Shown here piece after piece: positions 1 to 10,374 of a stretch of 23,890 nucleotides of DNA. The notes beneath the pieces were generated by a model. It was not told where the DNA came from. It saw nothing but the letters and a program-made list of their open reading frames with translations, and made no database searches. Origin of the DNA: Candidatus Bathyarchaeota archaeon (GTDB lineage: Archaea; Thermoproteota; Bathyarchaeia; Bathyarchaeales; Bathyarchaeaceae); assembly GCA_963697165.1 (NCBI GenBank), contig CAVOMX010000004.1:1-23890 (forward strand), in the 5' to 3' direction. Each line of letters starts with the position of its first letter. Position 1 is the stretch's first letter. The position numbers and the translations under genes are program-made.

Positions 1-8
1 CTGGTTAC

Positions 9-194
9 CTACCTTACTCTAAGCGCATAGTGACCTTTCTTCTTCACCTTCATGGCACGGGCAATCGCCGAGTCCTCAGGATCAATGATTACAACTACAC
101 CCGAGAAGTCGTCGCTCAGATTAGACGCATTACAATTAGGACAAATAGACCCATGAGATATGAAGTGGCAATCTCGACACGCTTTATCCGTCAT
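9..194 (-). CDS. spt4: Transcription elongation factor Spt4 (RpoE'')
   Basis: 61 aa, KACRDC...CPNC zinc ribbon, FSGVVVIIDPEDS.IA and G.YALRV motifs; overlaps the end of rpoE'. Confidence 0.95.
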   Translation of the reverse strand: MTDKACRDCHFISHGSICPNCNASNLSDDFSGVVVIIDPEDSAIARAMKVKKKGHYALRVR

Positions 195-796
195 TTCGCA
201 GATTCTCCTGCTGATGCCTTAGCATCGCCTGAAGCTTCACTCTCTGTATCCATCTTCTTCACATCCTTCTGTATCCACTCAAGCTTCCCAAGGAACGGCT
301 GCCGAGCAGTTACACCTATCTTGCCAGAACTGCCGCTGCGACCCAAAGAGACAGCTGTTATTCGAACCCGCACACGGTCTCCAGTGTTAAGTTTCCTTTT
401 TGTTTCTTTGCCCATTAGAACTCCTTGTCTTTCGTCATAGGAGATGTAATCATCCATTAGTTGAGATACGTGCAGGAGCGCGTCAACAGGTCCGATACGG
501 ATAAAGGCTCCGAATTCTGCTATTTCTACAACTTCTCCCTCTATGACTTCCTGAATCTTTGGGAAGAACGTAATTAGCGAAAACTGGACTTTGTGGAATG
601 TGGCACCGTCTCCGGGGATAATTTTTCCGAAGGGATTAACCTTGATTTGTGTAACGCCTATGACATAGCCAAGATCTTCGTCTACCATGCCGTCATACTT
701 CATTTTTAGTTGTTCATAACCTACAGTATCGATGTCTTCTCCAAACCTTTCTGGTGGTATCCGAATTGCATCCTCTAAAGTTACAAGTTTGAACAT
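191..796 (-). CDS. rpoE1: DNA-directed RNA polymerase subunit E' (Rpo7)
   Basis: IRIPPERFG N-terminus, IIPGDGA, S1 domain (EFGAFIRIGPVDALLHVSQLMDD), RQPFLGKLEW; AGGTGA SD at 802-807. Confidence 0.97.
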   Translation of the reverse strand: MFKLVTLEDAIRIPPERFGEDIDTVGYEQLKMKYDGMVDEDLGYVIGVTQIKVNPFGKIIPGDGATFHKVQFSLITFFPKIQEVIEGEVVEIAEFGAFIRIGPVDALLHVSQLMDDYISYDERQGVLMGKETKRKLNTGDRVRVRITAVSLGRSGSSGKIGVTARQPFLGKLEWIQKDVKKMDTESEASGDAKASAGESAK

Positions 797-831
797 TCAT
801 CTCACCTATCTTAAACTGACAATATTTACAT

Positions 832-886
832 GAAAGCACCACGTGGGGGCTTTCGTTTCCAAATAAAAGACAGCCCCATTTATAAG
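832..886 (-). promoter_or_regulatory. Internal promoter and 5'-UTR hairpin of rpoE'-spt4
   Basis: CTTATAAA (- strand, 886-879) lies about 25 nt upstream of a GAAAGC/GCTTTC-closed hairpin (832-854), followed by the SD. Confidence 0.5.
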
Positions 887-887
887 C

Positions 888-1304
888 CTATACTGCGCCC
901 TCCATCTCTAAAAGCCGTTTTTGCCTCAAGAAAATGACTGGTGCTCCAATTTTCCGTAACCTTTTTCTAAGTTCTCTGTCGTTTGTGCCAACAGGAGACT
1001 TCCAATCTGACGCAACCCTCACAATCACGTCATCATACGATTCATTCAAACTTTTTTCAACACTAACAAAATGACATTTCTCAGCCAACCTAATAGCCAA
1101 CAATGCCTGTTTACGGATCTTTAGAGAAGTCGATTCGGCGAGTCCCTGAAGCTCCTTCATTGTTGAAGAAAGAAGAATAGGTTCAAACCGTCGATTTAGC
1201 AGGTTGGACAGTTCTTCAAAAATGTCGACACTAAACTGTGAAGGAACAAAAAGAAAGTTTGCGTCTAAAATAATTTTTACTTTCTCTTTTTTTGAAGCTG
1301 CCAA
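888..1304 (-). CDS. Fcf1/Utp24-like PIN-domain protein
   Basis: IILDANFL, DDVIV, TNDRELRKRL and VIFLRQK motifs; conserved position between eIF2-gamma and rpoE'; TTG start. Confidence 0.9.
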   Translation of the reverse strand: MAASKKEKVKIILDANFLFVPSQFSVDIFEELSNLLNRRFEPILLSSTMKELQGLAESTSLKIRKQALLAIRLAEKCHFVSVEKSLNESYDDVIVRVASDWKSPVGTNDRELRKRLRKIGAPVIFLRQKRLLEMEGAV

Positions 1305-1503
1305 TTTTGTGTTCTCCCTAAACTGTTCTTTTATTCTGAATTTAATATTTGGCAGTCGCGGACTTCTCCTGTGTCAGCCCAATATTCAATTTTCAAACCA
1401 ATTCGAGTTTCCAGCGTTTCTCACTGAGATATTGTTCCTAATTAACACTATTTACTCGTTTCATATGAAGAAACTAATTACGTCTACACGCCTAATAAGA
1501 CGG

Positions 1504-2763
1504 CTAGCTTTGGATTATTCCGTATCCTATAAGACGCCATCGGCTCGCAATTTTTCTGCTTATAGCCGCTCTTGCTCCATCCTCAGCACAGATGGGCCTA
1601 ACCACCTTGAAGGTAGCAGTATCCTTAGTTGAGGATAGAACCGTTCCAAGAGTTATAGTCGTTCCAACATCAAGAAGCAGTCGTTCACCCTTTATTATGT
1701 TGTCAACCTGCACAAGCTCCTTAGTTCCGATAGCACGCTTCAGAAGCTTAGTTCCCAAAACGATTTCAGAGCGGGTTGGAGGAAGCAAGTCTGGTTTTCC
1801 CACCTGATTCCCTGTAAGACCATCCGCTTTGGTTAACGACGGATCCAAATATGTTCCAATGCCAACCAAGCCTCCACTCTGGGCTTCTTCAACATCCTTT
1901 CCCCCAGCACTCAAACTTGTAATCTCGGTAAAGATAGCTTCGTAAAATGTTTTTCCATGTTTTTCAACTTTGATTCCGGGACGAATCTCGATTTCGTCTC
2001 CCACCTTGAATTTTCCTTGGGAGATGCTTCCGCCGATGACTCCTCCTGTTAGTTCATCAATCGAAGCGCCGGGCTTGTTCACGTCAAAAGAGCGTACAAC
2101 AAACATTCTAGGAGGCTTGTTTGGGTCACGTTCTGGAGTGGGAATGTTCTGTTCTATGGCTTGAATGACTGCATCAATGTTTGCCATGTGCTGCGCTGAG
2201 ACCGGAATAACGGGTTTTCCCTCTGCCACAGTTCCTTTCACAAAAGTCTCAATTTCCCTGTAGCTTTCTAATGCCCGTTTTTCGTCAACGATATCGATTT
2301 TGTTCTGGACAATAATGATGTTCGTTATTCCAGCAAGCTCAATGGCTGCGAGATGTTCCCGAGTTTGGGGCTGCGGGCACGGCTCGTTTGCGGCAATTAT
2401 CAGGATGGCTCCATCCATAACTGTTGCTCCAGAGAGCATTGTAGCCATGAGGGCTTCGTGACCAGGAGCGTCAACGAAACTGACTGCTCTGACAAACTCT
2501 TCCTCAGAACCGCAAATTGGGCATGTATTGCTTGAAGAGTAGCATTGTGGGGCTTCACAGTTTGGACACTTGAATATTGGGGCATCAGCATAACCAAGTT
2601 TTATGGTGATGCCTCGTCTTAGTTCTTCACTGTGTTTTGCTGCCCAAACTCCTGTTATGGCTTCAACTAATGTTGTTTTTCCGTGATCTACATGCCCTAT
2701 GGTTCCTATGTTGACTTCTGGCTGTTTAGGAAGAGGTACAGGATTCTTCAGTTTTCGTGACAT
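1504..2763 (-). CDS. eif2g: Translation initiation factor 2 subunit gamma
   Basis: QPEVNIG, GHVDHGKT, RGITIKLGYA, zinc knuckle, DAPGHE, NKID, RSFDVNKPG, WRLIGYG. Confidence 0.98.
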   Translation of the reverse strand: MSRKLKNPVPLPKQPEVNIGTIGHVDHGKTTLVEAITGVWAAKHSEELRRGITIKLGYADAPIFKCPNCEAPQCYSSSNTCPICGSEEEFVRAVSFVDAPGHEALMATMLSGATVMDGAILIIAANEPCPQPQTREHLAAIELAGITNIIIVQNKIDIVDEKRALESYREIETFVKGTVAEGKPVIPVSAQHMANIDAVIQAIEQNIPTPERDPNKPPRMFVVRSFDVNKPGASIDELTGGVIGGSISQGKFKVGDEIEIRPGIKVEKHGKTFYEAIFTEITSLSAGGKDVEEAQSGGLVGIGTYLDPSLTKADGLTGNQVGKPDLLPPTRSEIVLGTKLLKRAIGTKELVQVDNIIKGERLLLDVGTTITLGTVLSSTKDTATFKVVRPICAEDGARAAISRKIASRWRLIGYGIIQS

Positions 2764-2866
2764 TATAATCTCCTAGATTTAGTGTAATGCTATGCAACTA
2801 GATTCTAAACAGTTTATATTAAGCATTCTCCTAAAAGACATCAGCTAGTTTCGGGAATGGAAAAAA

Positions 2867-3265
2867 TTGCCTATAAAATATCTAGAAGCTCCAGACGTCA
2901 AAATTTTGGTCGACCAGATTATACAGAGGCTGTGCCTATCTTATGTTGTTCCAAAGTCTGTTCATTGTTATCGAAGTAAAGGCTCAAAATCTAAACGGAT
3001 AATTGCTCGGATTCACGGATTTGGAAAGATATGGCAACTGGCGCTTGAGATTCCGCCAGCATACGTCATCGAAGTGCTCTCTGAACAGTACGATAAACTA
3101 AGCCAAGAAGACAAAGAGAAAACGTTGATTCACGAACTGCTGCATGTTCCTAAAGGCTTCAAAGGAGGATTTCTTCCCCATAAAGGAAACATCAGCAGAC
3201 AAAAAGTGGACCATCTACATAAAGAATACACAAAAAAGAGACCAACATCTTCATGGTCAACCTGA
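2867..3265 (+). CDS. Putative zincin metallopeptidase (phage metallopeptidase-like family)
   Basis: LIHELLHVP (HExxH); RSKGSKS..IARIHG and YVIEVLSE motifs; TTG start. Confidence 0.8.
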   Translation: MPIKYLEAPDVKILVDQIIQRLCLSYVVPKSVHCYRSKGSKSKRIIARIHGFGKIWQLALEIPPAYVIEVLSEQYDKLSQEDKEKTLIHELLHVPKGFKGGFLPHKGNISRQKVDHLHKEYTKKRPTSSWST

Positions 3266-3406
3266 GTCCTAAATAACAACTTTAACACGAATTGCTAAGC
3301 AAATATTAATTTGCTGCTTTATTCTCTACAATGCCCCACATTCACGGACTGTTGGCTGTAGAGCGCCCAAACCAGCACTTAACCAAAAACTGTGTTTACT
3401 TCAGGT

Positions 3407-3832
3407 TTATTGTGAAGCTTTCACGGGCGCAACGCCAACTACTTGCGCTTCTTCTATAGGCTTTTCTTCCTTTTTGCTCTTCTTTGGCTTCTCGACCATC
3501 TTCATGTTTAGTTGAACAATTGAGTCTGTTATGACGTTACCGCGGAGGGTTTTCCGTTTTCTCTCTCCCTTATTTGATGAATGAAAGCCCACGCCCTCAC
3601 TTAAGATGGCACCCACACGAACTCCTCCATGAATGTTTGGTCTCATAGGGAAGCCATCCTTGTCCGATCCGCCAGTTATCTTCAGTTTATAACCAGACAA
3701 CTTAACGACGGCTCCATCAATAACCTCTCCAAGTTTCCTACCAATCAGAGGACTAGCTTGAGTTTCCTCCAATTCTATAGACTGTGATTTTCCTGTTTCA
3801 GGGTCTGAAACTATTATCTTGAATTTAGCCAT
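3407..3832 (-). CDS. rps6e: 30S ribosomal protein S6e
   Basis: FKIIVSDPETGKS, LKITGGSDKDGFPMR, GERKRKTLRGN. Confidence 0.97.
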   Translation of the reverse strand: MAKFKIIVSDPETGKSQSIELEETQASPLIGRKLGEVIDGAVVKLSGYKLKITGGSDKDGFPMRPNIHGGVRVGAILSEGVGFHSSNKGERKRKTLRGNVITDSIVQLNMKMVEKPKKSKKEEKPIEEAQVVGVAPVKASQ

Positions 3833-3940
3833 GAGCGATTTTTACTCTCCTGACGATTTCTCGTGACGTTAACTGAATTAGGAACAGCTATTTATATGTC
3901 TAGTGGCGATGTCACCACATCTCCCTTCCTTCCCCTTTTT

Positions 3941-4114
3941 TCAAGGGTTAATTAGCAATAACATTTTTTTGTTCCATGTAAAAGTTGAACCGCAATTTGG
4001 ACACGCAACTTTGTTATTAATAATAGATGCAGTTTTGAATGATTTAAAATCCATCGATATACATGTTCCTATTATGTGATTACAGTTTTGCCATTTGACT
4101 TTTAACTGTCCCAT
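3941..4114 (-). CDS. Small zinc-ribbon-like protein, possibly degenerating
   Basis: 57 aa from ATG at 4114 with a GGGGTG SD; CPNCG knuckle intact, first knuckle reads WQNC rather than CxxC. Confidence 0.55.
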   Translation of the reverse strand: MGQLKVKWQNCNHIIGTCISMDFKSFKTASIINNKVACPNCGSTFTWNKKMLLLINP

Positions 4115-4557
4115 TTTAACACCCCCTGATTTGATTTCTTCGCTCTGTTTAGTTGAAAATGTTTTCGCACAATTCATATTTAAGCTGTTTTTTTCAAAAT
4201 AAGGAAAAATAGTGGAGTCCTAGTGAAACTAAACGAACAAGAATACTCTTAGAAAACCCCCTTTTTTAAATGCCTAAGCGTTATATTGAGTAATAGAAAG
4301 GTAATCTGTTATGACCTACTAATTTTTTTGAGTAGCTTTTGTTCAATTGTTGTATTTACCGCCTTCAAGATGCCCCCGCATAAATGCCCAACTTAACCAA
4401 GTTACCCAAAGTCTGAAGCGAAAGAACCACATATTCGTTAATACAGCCCACTTTTTTGGTGAAACTGAACCTCACGAACAAGCATGTTTTGCCCGTTTTT
4501 ACGGCTCTAACGACTTTTTCGGTCTCATAAAATGCCACATTCTTTAAACTCTTTTCT

Positions 4558-5262
4558 TTGGGTTTAAAAAAACGGAAATTGGAAAACCTCAAATACCGCC
4601 AAAAAAGGAGAGTACGTACTCCTTTAAGGAGGTTCAAGCAAATATCCAGCGCCAAACTTCGAACCTCAAGTACTCCGATGATTATGTCTTGTTTAGCTAG
4701 GGAGCTGGAAGAAGAAATTCCTGACTTAGACATTCACGGCTCAGAGAGGAGACTTTTAGACTTCGCTTATAAAGACCTAGAAACCTGCTTGATCGAGAAA
4801 CTAAGCGACACAGACTTCATTGACCTCGAAGAAGCATTAGCCGATGAAAGCAACCAAGAAGAAATCAAGGCATTTTTGAAAATCTGGACAAAAAAGTGGC
4901 TAGAAAAATGGAGAGAACGAGTTACACTCTGCCAGAAGCTACCCCAGTTTTCGCTAGAGCACATTAAAACTAAAAAGAAAGCCGCAAAGATTTTCAAACG
5001 CATGAAAAACGGGCAGGAATTAAAGAATATGGTTGTGCAGCGGCTGATTAACAAAGGCGAGCTCTGCATGGCTGATTTGATAGCGGAGAACCTGATAATC
5101 GAGGAGATAGCGTTTCGGCTGAAAATGAACGGCGGAATGACGCCAACCGACAAGACTCTTTTGGATCCATGGACCATTCTCCAGGAAGTGTCGCCGCGAG
5201 TAAAGAGTCTGGCAGAAAGAAAGACTCCGCTCATTCACCTGAAGATCATGACTGACATGTAA
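4558..5262 (+). CDS. Hypothetical alpha-helical protein
   Basis: Long ORF with protein-like composition. The true start may be ATG 4678 or 4684; no family recognised. Confidence 0.75.
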   Translation: MGLKKRKLENLKYRQKRRVRTPLRRFKQISSAKLRTSSTPMIMSCLARELEEEIPDLDIHGSERRLLDFAYKDLETCLIEKLSDTDFIDLEEALADESNQEEIKAFLKIWTKKWLEKWRERVTLCQKLPQFSLEHIKTKKKAAKIFKRMKNGQELKNMVVQRLINKGELCMADLIAENLIIEEIAFRLKMNGGMTPTDKTLLDPWTILQEVSPRVKSLAERKTPLIHLKIMTDM

Positions 5263-5308
5263 TCTTTTAATAATATTCGCCTCTGAAAGAAAACAGAAGA
5301 ACAGCCCG

Positions 5309-6166
5309 TCACATCATTTCTTTCATTGCGGCTGTTATGTCAATGTTTTCTTTTGGCACGTTTGTAAGTTGTGTATCCTTTAATTGTGGAAGGTTATCGT
5401 GGTATGTGGGTCTCTCTTTCTTGTAGAATATTCCTATGGGGATTCTATCGTCCCATTCAAACGCCTTCTCTAAAGCTTTTTTGTGGTCTGTTATGTCGTG
5501 TTCTTCGGCTTCTAGCTTGTATATTCTTTGGCGGAACCAATCGTAGGTGTTCAGGTAGTTGAAGCTGACGCAGGGCTGGAAAACGTCTATGAATGCGAAA
5601 CCCCTATGCTTGATTGCCTCAACCATCAACCCCTTTAGATGTATCATATCTCCAGCGAAGCCTCTTGCAACAAAGCTTCCGTTACTAACCAATGCATGAG
5701 CCAAAGGATTCAGCATGGGAGGTATAACGCCGAAGGGGGTCGATTTGGATTTGAATCCGGGCTGGCTCGTGGATGTTGCCTGACCTGTGGTTAAGCCGAG
5801 AACCATGTTGTCATGCACTATCAATGTCATGTCTATGTTCTGTCTTATGGCTTGGACGAAGTGCCCCCAGCCTTCACTGTATTGGTCTGAGTCTCCCGCA
5901 AAACCGACCACTGTTAAGTTGGGATTAGCTAGTTTGATGCCCTGTGCCGTTGGTAGTACTCTGCCGTGGATGCCGTGGAATCCGTTTATGTTTACGCTGT
6001 TGATTATTTTGCCGTGGCAGCCTATGCCAGACACAAGAACGGTTTCTTCTCTCTCAAGTTCCAATTCGGTAAGGGCTTTTTTGAATGCCATTAAGATTCC
6101 GAAGTTTCCACATCCGGGGCACCAAGTATTCTTTTCTGTGGTCTTCAGGTCGTCGAGGGTCACCAT
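5309..6166 (-). CDS. korB: 2-oxoacid:ferredoxin oxidoreductase beta subunit
   Basis: WCPGCGNFG, SGIGCHG, HGR, TPP-binding GDxD...N region, TGQATST, QPCVSFN. Substrate not determinable. Confidence 0.93.
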   Translation of the reverse strand: MVTLDDLKTTEKNTWCPGCGNFGILMAFKKALTELELEREETVLVSGIGCHGKIINSVNINGFHGIHGRVLPTAQGIKLANPNLTVVGFAGDSDQYSEGWGHFVQAIRQNIDMTLIVHDNMVLGLTTGQATSTSQPGFKSKSTPFGVIPPMLNPLAHALVSNGSFVARGFAGDMIHLKGLMVEAIKHRGFAFIDVFQPCVSFNYLNTYDWFRQRIYKLEAEEHDITDHKKALEKAFEWDDRIPIGIFYKKERPTYHDNLPQLKDTQLTNVPKENIDITAAMKEMM

Positions 6167-6168
6167 TT

Positions 6169-7911
6169 TTAGAGCACCTCCTTTATGCTTCGGGCGAGAG
6201 CTTCTGGGTTGAAGGGTCTCCCATTATACTTCAAAATTTTGTGGTCAACATCTATGAGGAGATGTTCCCGTATCAGGCTGGACAGCTGAGATGTCATGTT
6301 GTTCTCTACAATGATTGTATTCTTGGCTGACTGCAGTATTTCCTGAACTTTGGCTACTGGAAAAGGATGAAGATACACTATCTGCAGATAATTTAGTTTG
6401 ACGCCTTCGTTGCTAAGAAGTTTAATTGCTTCTCTTATAGGTCCCTTCGTGGAGCCCCACCCAATAATCGTCGTATCCGCCTCTTTTGAGCCATAAACCT
6501 TGACCGTTTCATATTTTTGCAGTTCCTTGGTGAGAGCATCCAGCTTCTTGAAGCGTTTGTCAGCCATTTTTATGGCCAATACGGGATCTTCACTGGTGTA
6601 TCCAAGTTCGTTATGTTCATCTGCATTGGTTCGTACTATGGCGCCTTTTGTTCCGGGCATGGCTCTGGGCGAGATTCCGTTTTCAGTGAACCTGTGCCGT
6701 ATATACTCTTCTTCTGTGTATTCTTTTGTGATTATGAGTTGTCCCCGGTCGATTCTGATTCTGTTCTGGTCGAAGGGCTCTGTGGTTCCGTTGCTTTCTG
6801 CCAGATACTTGTCTGAGATGATTATTGCTGGTATCTGAAATTTTTCTGCCAAATTGAAGGCTTCCAATGTACTGTAGAAGCATTCCTCCACATCTCCCGG
6901 CGCGATTATGACTCTGGGGAATTCTCCTTGGGATGCGTGGATGGCAAATCTGAGGTCTCCCTGCGCCGTGTATGTGGGAAGACCTGTGCTTGGTCCCGGT
7001 CTCTGCACTAGGACTATAACTGGTGAGGTTTCGGTCATGCCAATCATCCCTAACCCCTCCGTCATTAGGCAGAAGCCTCCTCCAGATGTGGCTGTCATGG
7101 ACCTTACTCCAGCAAATGATGCACCTGCGACCATGTTGACTGCAGCTATTTCGCTTTCCACCTGTATGACAACCATTTTGTATTCTCGGTCTAGGGGTGC
7201 TAGAAAATGAAGTATTGATGTGGCTGGCGTCATTGGATATGCTGCGTAGAATTTGCAGCCTGCGTTGAGGGCTCCTAGTCCTATTGCCTCGTTTCCTGCG
7301 AGGAAAATCTTGTTTTTTCCTGTGGAATCTGTTTTCTTTAGTTGATATCCAAAATCGTTCCCGTAGTTTTCTTTGGCGTAGCTGTATCCCTGTTTTGCGG
7401 CTTCTGTGTTCTGTTCAGCAGTTTTTGGATTGAAGGTGTCTCTGAGTACGCTGTTTAGGAATTCTGGGTCGTAATCTAGGAGGGCGCATGCTGCGCCTAA
7501 AGCCACGGTATTCTCCATTATTTCTGGTCCTTCAAGCTCCTTGACTATCTTTCGCATGGGCACATGGTAGAGTTTTATGTCGTCTCTTCCCAACTCCTCC
7601 TTGGTTACGTTGAATTGGTCTTGGTCGTAGATTACTCCAGCGCTTGAAACAAGCTCATCCTTGTGGAATAGAATTGTTTCCTTGTTTAGAGCTATAAGAA
7701 TGTCAACTGTGTCTGCTTGGGAGTAAACCTCTTCGTCGCATACTCTGACAGTGTAGAAGTTGTGTCCTCCCCGTATGAGAGATTGGTAATCGTTGGCGCC
7801 GAAGGCGTAGAGTCCTCCTCTCAGGCAGGCTTTGGCAAAAAGAAAGCCAGAACGGCTTATTCCTGCTCCTGCTTCTCCTCCAACCAGCAAAGAAAGCTTG
7901 TTAACAATCAA
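6169..7911 (-). CDS. korA: 2-oxoacid:ferredoxin oxidoreductase alpha subunit (gamma-alpha fusion)
   Basis: GGEAGAG, SLIRGGHN, YPMTPAT, QVESEIAA, ATSGGGF, QRPGPSTGLPT, GWGSTKG. Confidence 0.95.
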   Translation of the reverse strand: MIVNKLSLLVGGEAGAGISRSGFLFAKACLRGGLYAFGANDYQSLIRGGHNFYTVRVCDEEVYSQADTVDILIALNKETILFHKDELVSSAGVIYDQDQFNVTKEELGRDDIKLYHVPMRKIVKELEGPEIMENTVALGAACALLDYDPEFLNSVLRDTFNPKTAEQNTEAAKQGYSYAKENYGNDFGYQLKKTDSTGKNKIFLAGNEAIGLGALNAGCKFYAAYPMTPATSILHFLAPLDREYKMVVIQVESEIAAVNMVAGASFAGVRSMTATSGGGFCLMTEGLGMIGMTETSPVIVLVQRPGPSTGLPTYTAQGDLRFAIHASQGEFPRVIIAPGDVEECFYSTLEAFNLAEKFQIPAIIISDKYLAESNGTTEPFDQNRIRIDRGQLIITKEYTEEEYIRHRFTENGISPRAMPGTKGAIVRTNADEHNELGYTSEDPVLAIKMADKRFKKLDALTKELQKYETVKVYGSKEADTTIIGWGSTKGPIREAIKLLSNEGVKLNYLQIVYLHPFPVAKVQEILQSAKNTIIVENNMTSQLSSLIREHLLIDVDHKILKYNGRPFNPEALARSIKEVL

Positions 7912-7927
7912 GACGATTCACCAGTGG

Positions 7928-8173
7928 TTAGATGAGTTTCTCGTTTGTTTCCAAGTTAATGATGTGAATAGCATTGAAGGGACAAGCTTCGGCTGCTTGT
8001 TTGTGACAACTTAATTCGTCTAGTTCTACGGCTTCTCCGTGAGAGACATTTTTTGCACCTTCAACATGAGATTTTCCGTCTTCATCGGAAAGTTCGAATT
8101 TGGAGCATAATTCAACACATGCACCGAAACCCTGACAGACAGCATAATCTATTTCTATTCTATATTTAGCCAT
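7928..8173 (-). CDS. Monocluster ferredoxin, likely [3Fe-4S]
   Basis: CQGFGAC...AAEACPFNAI; the second cluster Cys is replaced by Phe; first gene of the oxidoreductase operon. Confidence 0.88.
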   Translation of the reverse strand: MAKYRIEIDYAVCQGFGACVELCSKFELSDEDGKSHVEGAKNVSHGEAVELDELSCHKQAAEACPFNAIHIINLETNEKLI

Positions 8174-8302
8174 AAAATCACCCTAACACCATACACTTGG
8201 CCGTTCTCAAGCTATATCATTTGCTACTTCAACCTGTTAGCTCTTAGTCTTTGAAAGTTTAAGTGTGCTGTTTTCCTTTTGTATTATTTGAGGAGGGCTT
8301 CT

Positions 8303-9319
8303 GTGTTGAGGGAAGCAATGTTTTACGAAAAACTTGACGATAAATTGGTAAACTGTAATTTGTGTAGTCACCGCTGCTCCCGAATCGCTGATTCTAAGCC
8401 GGGAATATGTAGGGTCAGGGAGAACAGGGACGGCAAACTTTACAGTCTCGTGTACGGCAAAATCGTATCATGCGCCATCGATCCCATCGAGAAGAAGCCA
8501 TTATTCAATTTTCTTCCAGGCTCCAAATCATATAGCATAGCAACTGTGGGATGCAACTTCAGATGTGATAACTGCCAAAACTATGACATTTCTCAGCTAC
8601 CAAAAGAGCGCAACATAATAGTTGGGCAGGAAACGTCGCCTGAAGAAATTGTTTCTGCAGCTAAACGAAGCAACTGCGCGAGCATAGCCTACACCTACAG
8701 TGAACCCACAATCTTCTTCGAGTATGCCTACGACATAGCCAAGCTCGCAAAAAAAGAGGGACTCAAGAATGTATTCGTGACGAACGGCTACATCACCCCT
8801 GAAGCATTAAAGGAGATTAGCCCGTACTTGGATGCCGCCAACGTTGACCTGAAGAGCTTCAGCGACGACTTTTACAGGAAGAGATGCGGAGCCCGCCTAC
8901 AACCCGTGCTGGACTCCATCCGACTATACAAGAGTCTAGGAATCTGGACCGAAATAACAACCCTGATAATTCCCTCATTAAACGACTCAGAAGAGGAACT
9001 GCGGAAGATTGCAGAGTTCATCAAGAAGATGGGTGAGGATACGCCTTGGCACATCACCCAGTTCCATCCAACATACAAACTCATGGACCTGCCCAGAACT
9101 CCCGTTATCACTCTGCGAAAAGCAAGAGATATCGGATTAGAGGCGGGACTAAGATACGTCTACGAAGGAAACGTGCTCGGCGAAACAGGAGAAAACACCT
9201 ACTGCCACAACTGCAAAAAAACATTGATTCGCAGATTCGGCTACCAAATCCAAGAAAACAAAATCAAAAACTCAACATGTTCATACTGCGGAGCAAAAAT
9301 TGATGGTGTATACACGTAA
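8303..9319 (+). CDS. amrS: AmmeMemoRadiSam system radical SAM enzyme
   Basis: CNLCSHRC..GICRVREN, DPIEKKPLFNF, CNFRCDNC (CxxxCxxC), AYTYSEP, YVYEGNV, terminal Cys pairs; GGAGG at 8292-8296 favours a start at 8303 or 8306. Confidence 0.92.
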   Translation: MLREAMFYEKLDDKLVNCNLCSHRCSRIADSKPGICRVRENRDGKLYSLVYGKIVSCAIDPIEKKPLFNFLPGSKSYSIATVGCNFRCDNCQNYDISQLPKERNIIVGQETSPEEIVSAAKRSNCASIAYTYSEPTIFFEYAYDIAKLAKKEGLKNVFVTNGYITPEALKEISPYLDAANVDLKSFSDDFYRKRCGARLQPVLDSIRLYKSLGIWTEITTLIIPSLNDSEEELRKIAEFIKKMGEDTPWHITQFHPTYKLMDLPRTPVITLRKARDIGLEAGLRYVYEGNVLGETGENTYCHNCKKTLIRRFGYQIQENKIKNSTCSYCGAKIDGVYT

Positions 9320-9587
9320 CTAGTTGTTATACGTACCAGAATAAGACACATAACAACATAAACCCTACATAAACTGTATTTTTTGTGGGAATAGTGCACA
9401 CAAAAGAATAAAGGGTAAAACGCCTGTCTTGGAGAAATGCCCTTACTTCTTGTTAGCGGGTTGGAACAGTGTGCGCTCTTCAAGTTTACGTTTATGTGCC
9501 GCAAATTTAATGGTTCAGAAGCTACAATCTGAATTAAACCATTCTTTGTGTGAGCCAATTTTAGCGTGTGGAACAAAGATTTTGTTT

Positions 9588-10214
9588 CTAGAATCCTAGA
9601 GCATTACTTAAAAATGTTAATCCAAAGTAGATCAGGACTCCCCCAAAAGCTGCCATCAATACGCGGTACCATTTGAGTTGTAGAATCTTGGCGCCCTTCT
9701 TCGCGAAGCCAGCAACTAATATTAGCCATGCGTAGTCCACCCAAACGTGGCAGACATACATGAAAATGACGCCGCCCAAGCCTGCAAACTCGAGGGAAAG
9801 AAGAATCAGGTTCGCGCCGATGGTGAGCCACCATATAATAAAGTAGGGATTCAATCCCGTTAACGCCAAGCCAATCAAAAACAGGTTTCTGGTAGCTGCA
9901 CTGCCAGAGCCCTTTTCTTTAGATTCATGCATGGAACCACGTATCTGCAAGGCGCCGAAAACTATGAGTGCTGCTCCTCCTGTAATTCCCACTGCGAGCT
10001 TGACTCCGGGTTCATTTGTGACGCTTAGGAGTCCTAAGGCTAATAGCATGACAAGGGTGAACTCGATTATGCTGTGGGCTATTGAGAATGTTATTCCGCT
10101 TTTGGTTCCCGTTTTGATGCCGTGAAAGATTGTTACAACGAATAGTGGTCCGGGAGCTAGGGCGCCCGAGGCAGTTAGAATGATGACTGTGGCTGCGAAA
10201 TTGAGTGGGTCCAT
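9588..10214 (-). CDS. LysE-family translocator
   Basis: SGALAPGPL, HSIIE, LNPYFIIWW motifs; about 6 hydrophobic segments. Confidence 0.9.
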   Translation of the reverse strand: MDPLNFAATVIILTASGALAPGPLFVVTIFHGIKTGTKSGITFSIAHSIIEFTLVMLLALGLLSVTNEPGVKLAVGITGGAALIVFGALQIRGSMHESKEKGSGSAATRNLFLIGLALTGLNPYFIIWWLTIGANLILLSLEFAGLGGVIFMYVCHVWVDYAWLILVAGFAKKGAKILQLKWYRVLMAAFGGVLIYFGLTFLSNALGF

Positions 10215-10374
10215 GAATGTAGAGGCTGGTGTAGTGTATAATGAATTTTCTGTATAATTTTGGTTTGTTTGGTGTATTTGTGTTGAACAGAAATACGAAA
10301 ATGTTTATCGCATATTAAGATTTAATATATTAAGTGGGAGTTACAAAACAAAAAACAAAACCCGAGGCAAAAAT

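Noticed and set aside
4210..4490. Replication origin or ORB boxes (GTGAAACT twice in a long intergenic region)
   Set aside because: Poor match to TCCANTGGAAA with a G-string, and no cdc6 in the window.
30..9576. Antisense or shifted-frame ORFs (e.g. 30-440, 1204-1632, 4365-4733, 4767-5234, 5787-6212, 9241-9576)
   Set aside because: Shadows of well-supported genes or lacking protein-like features.
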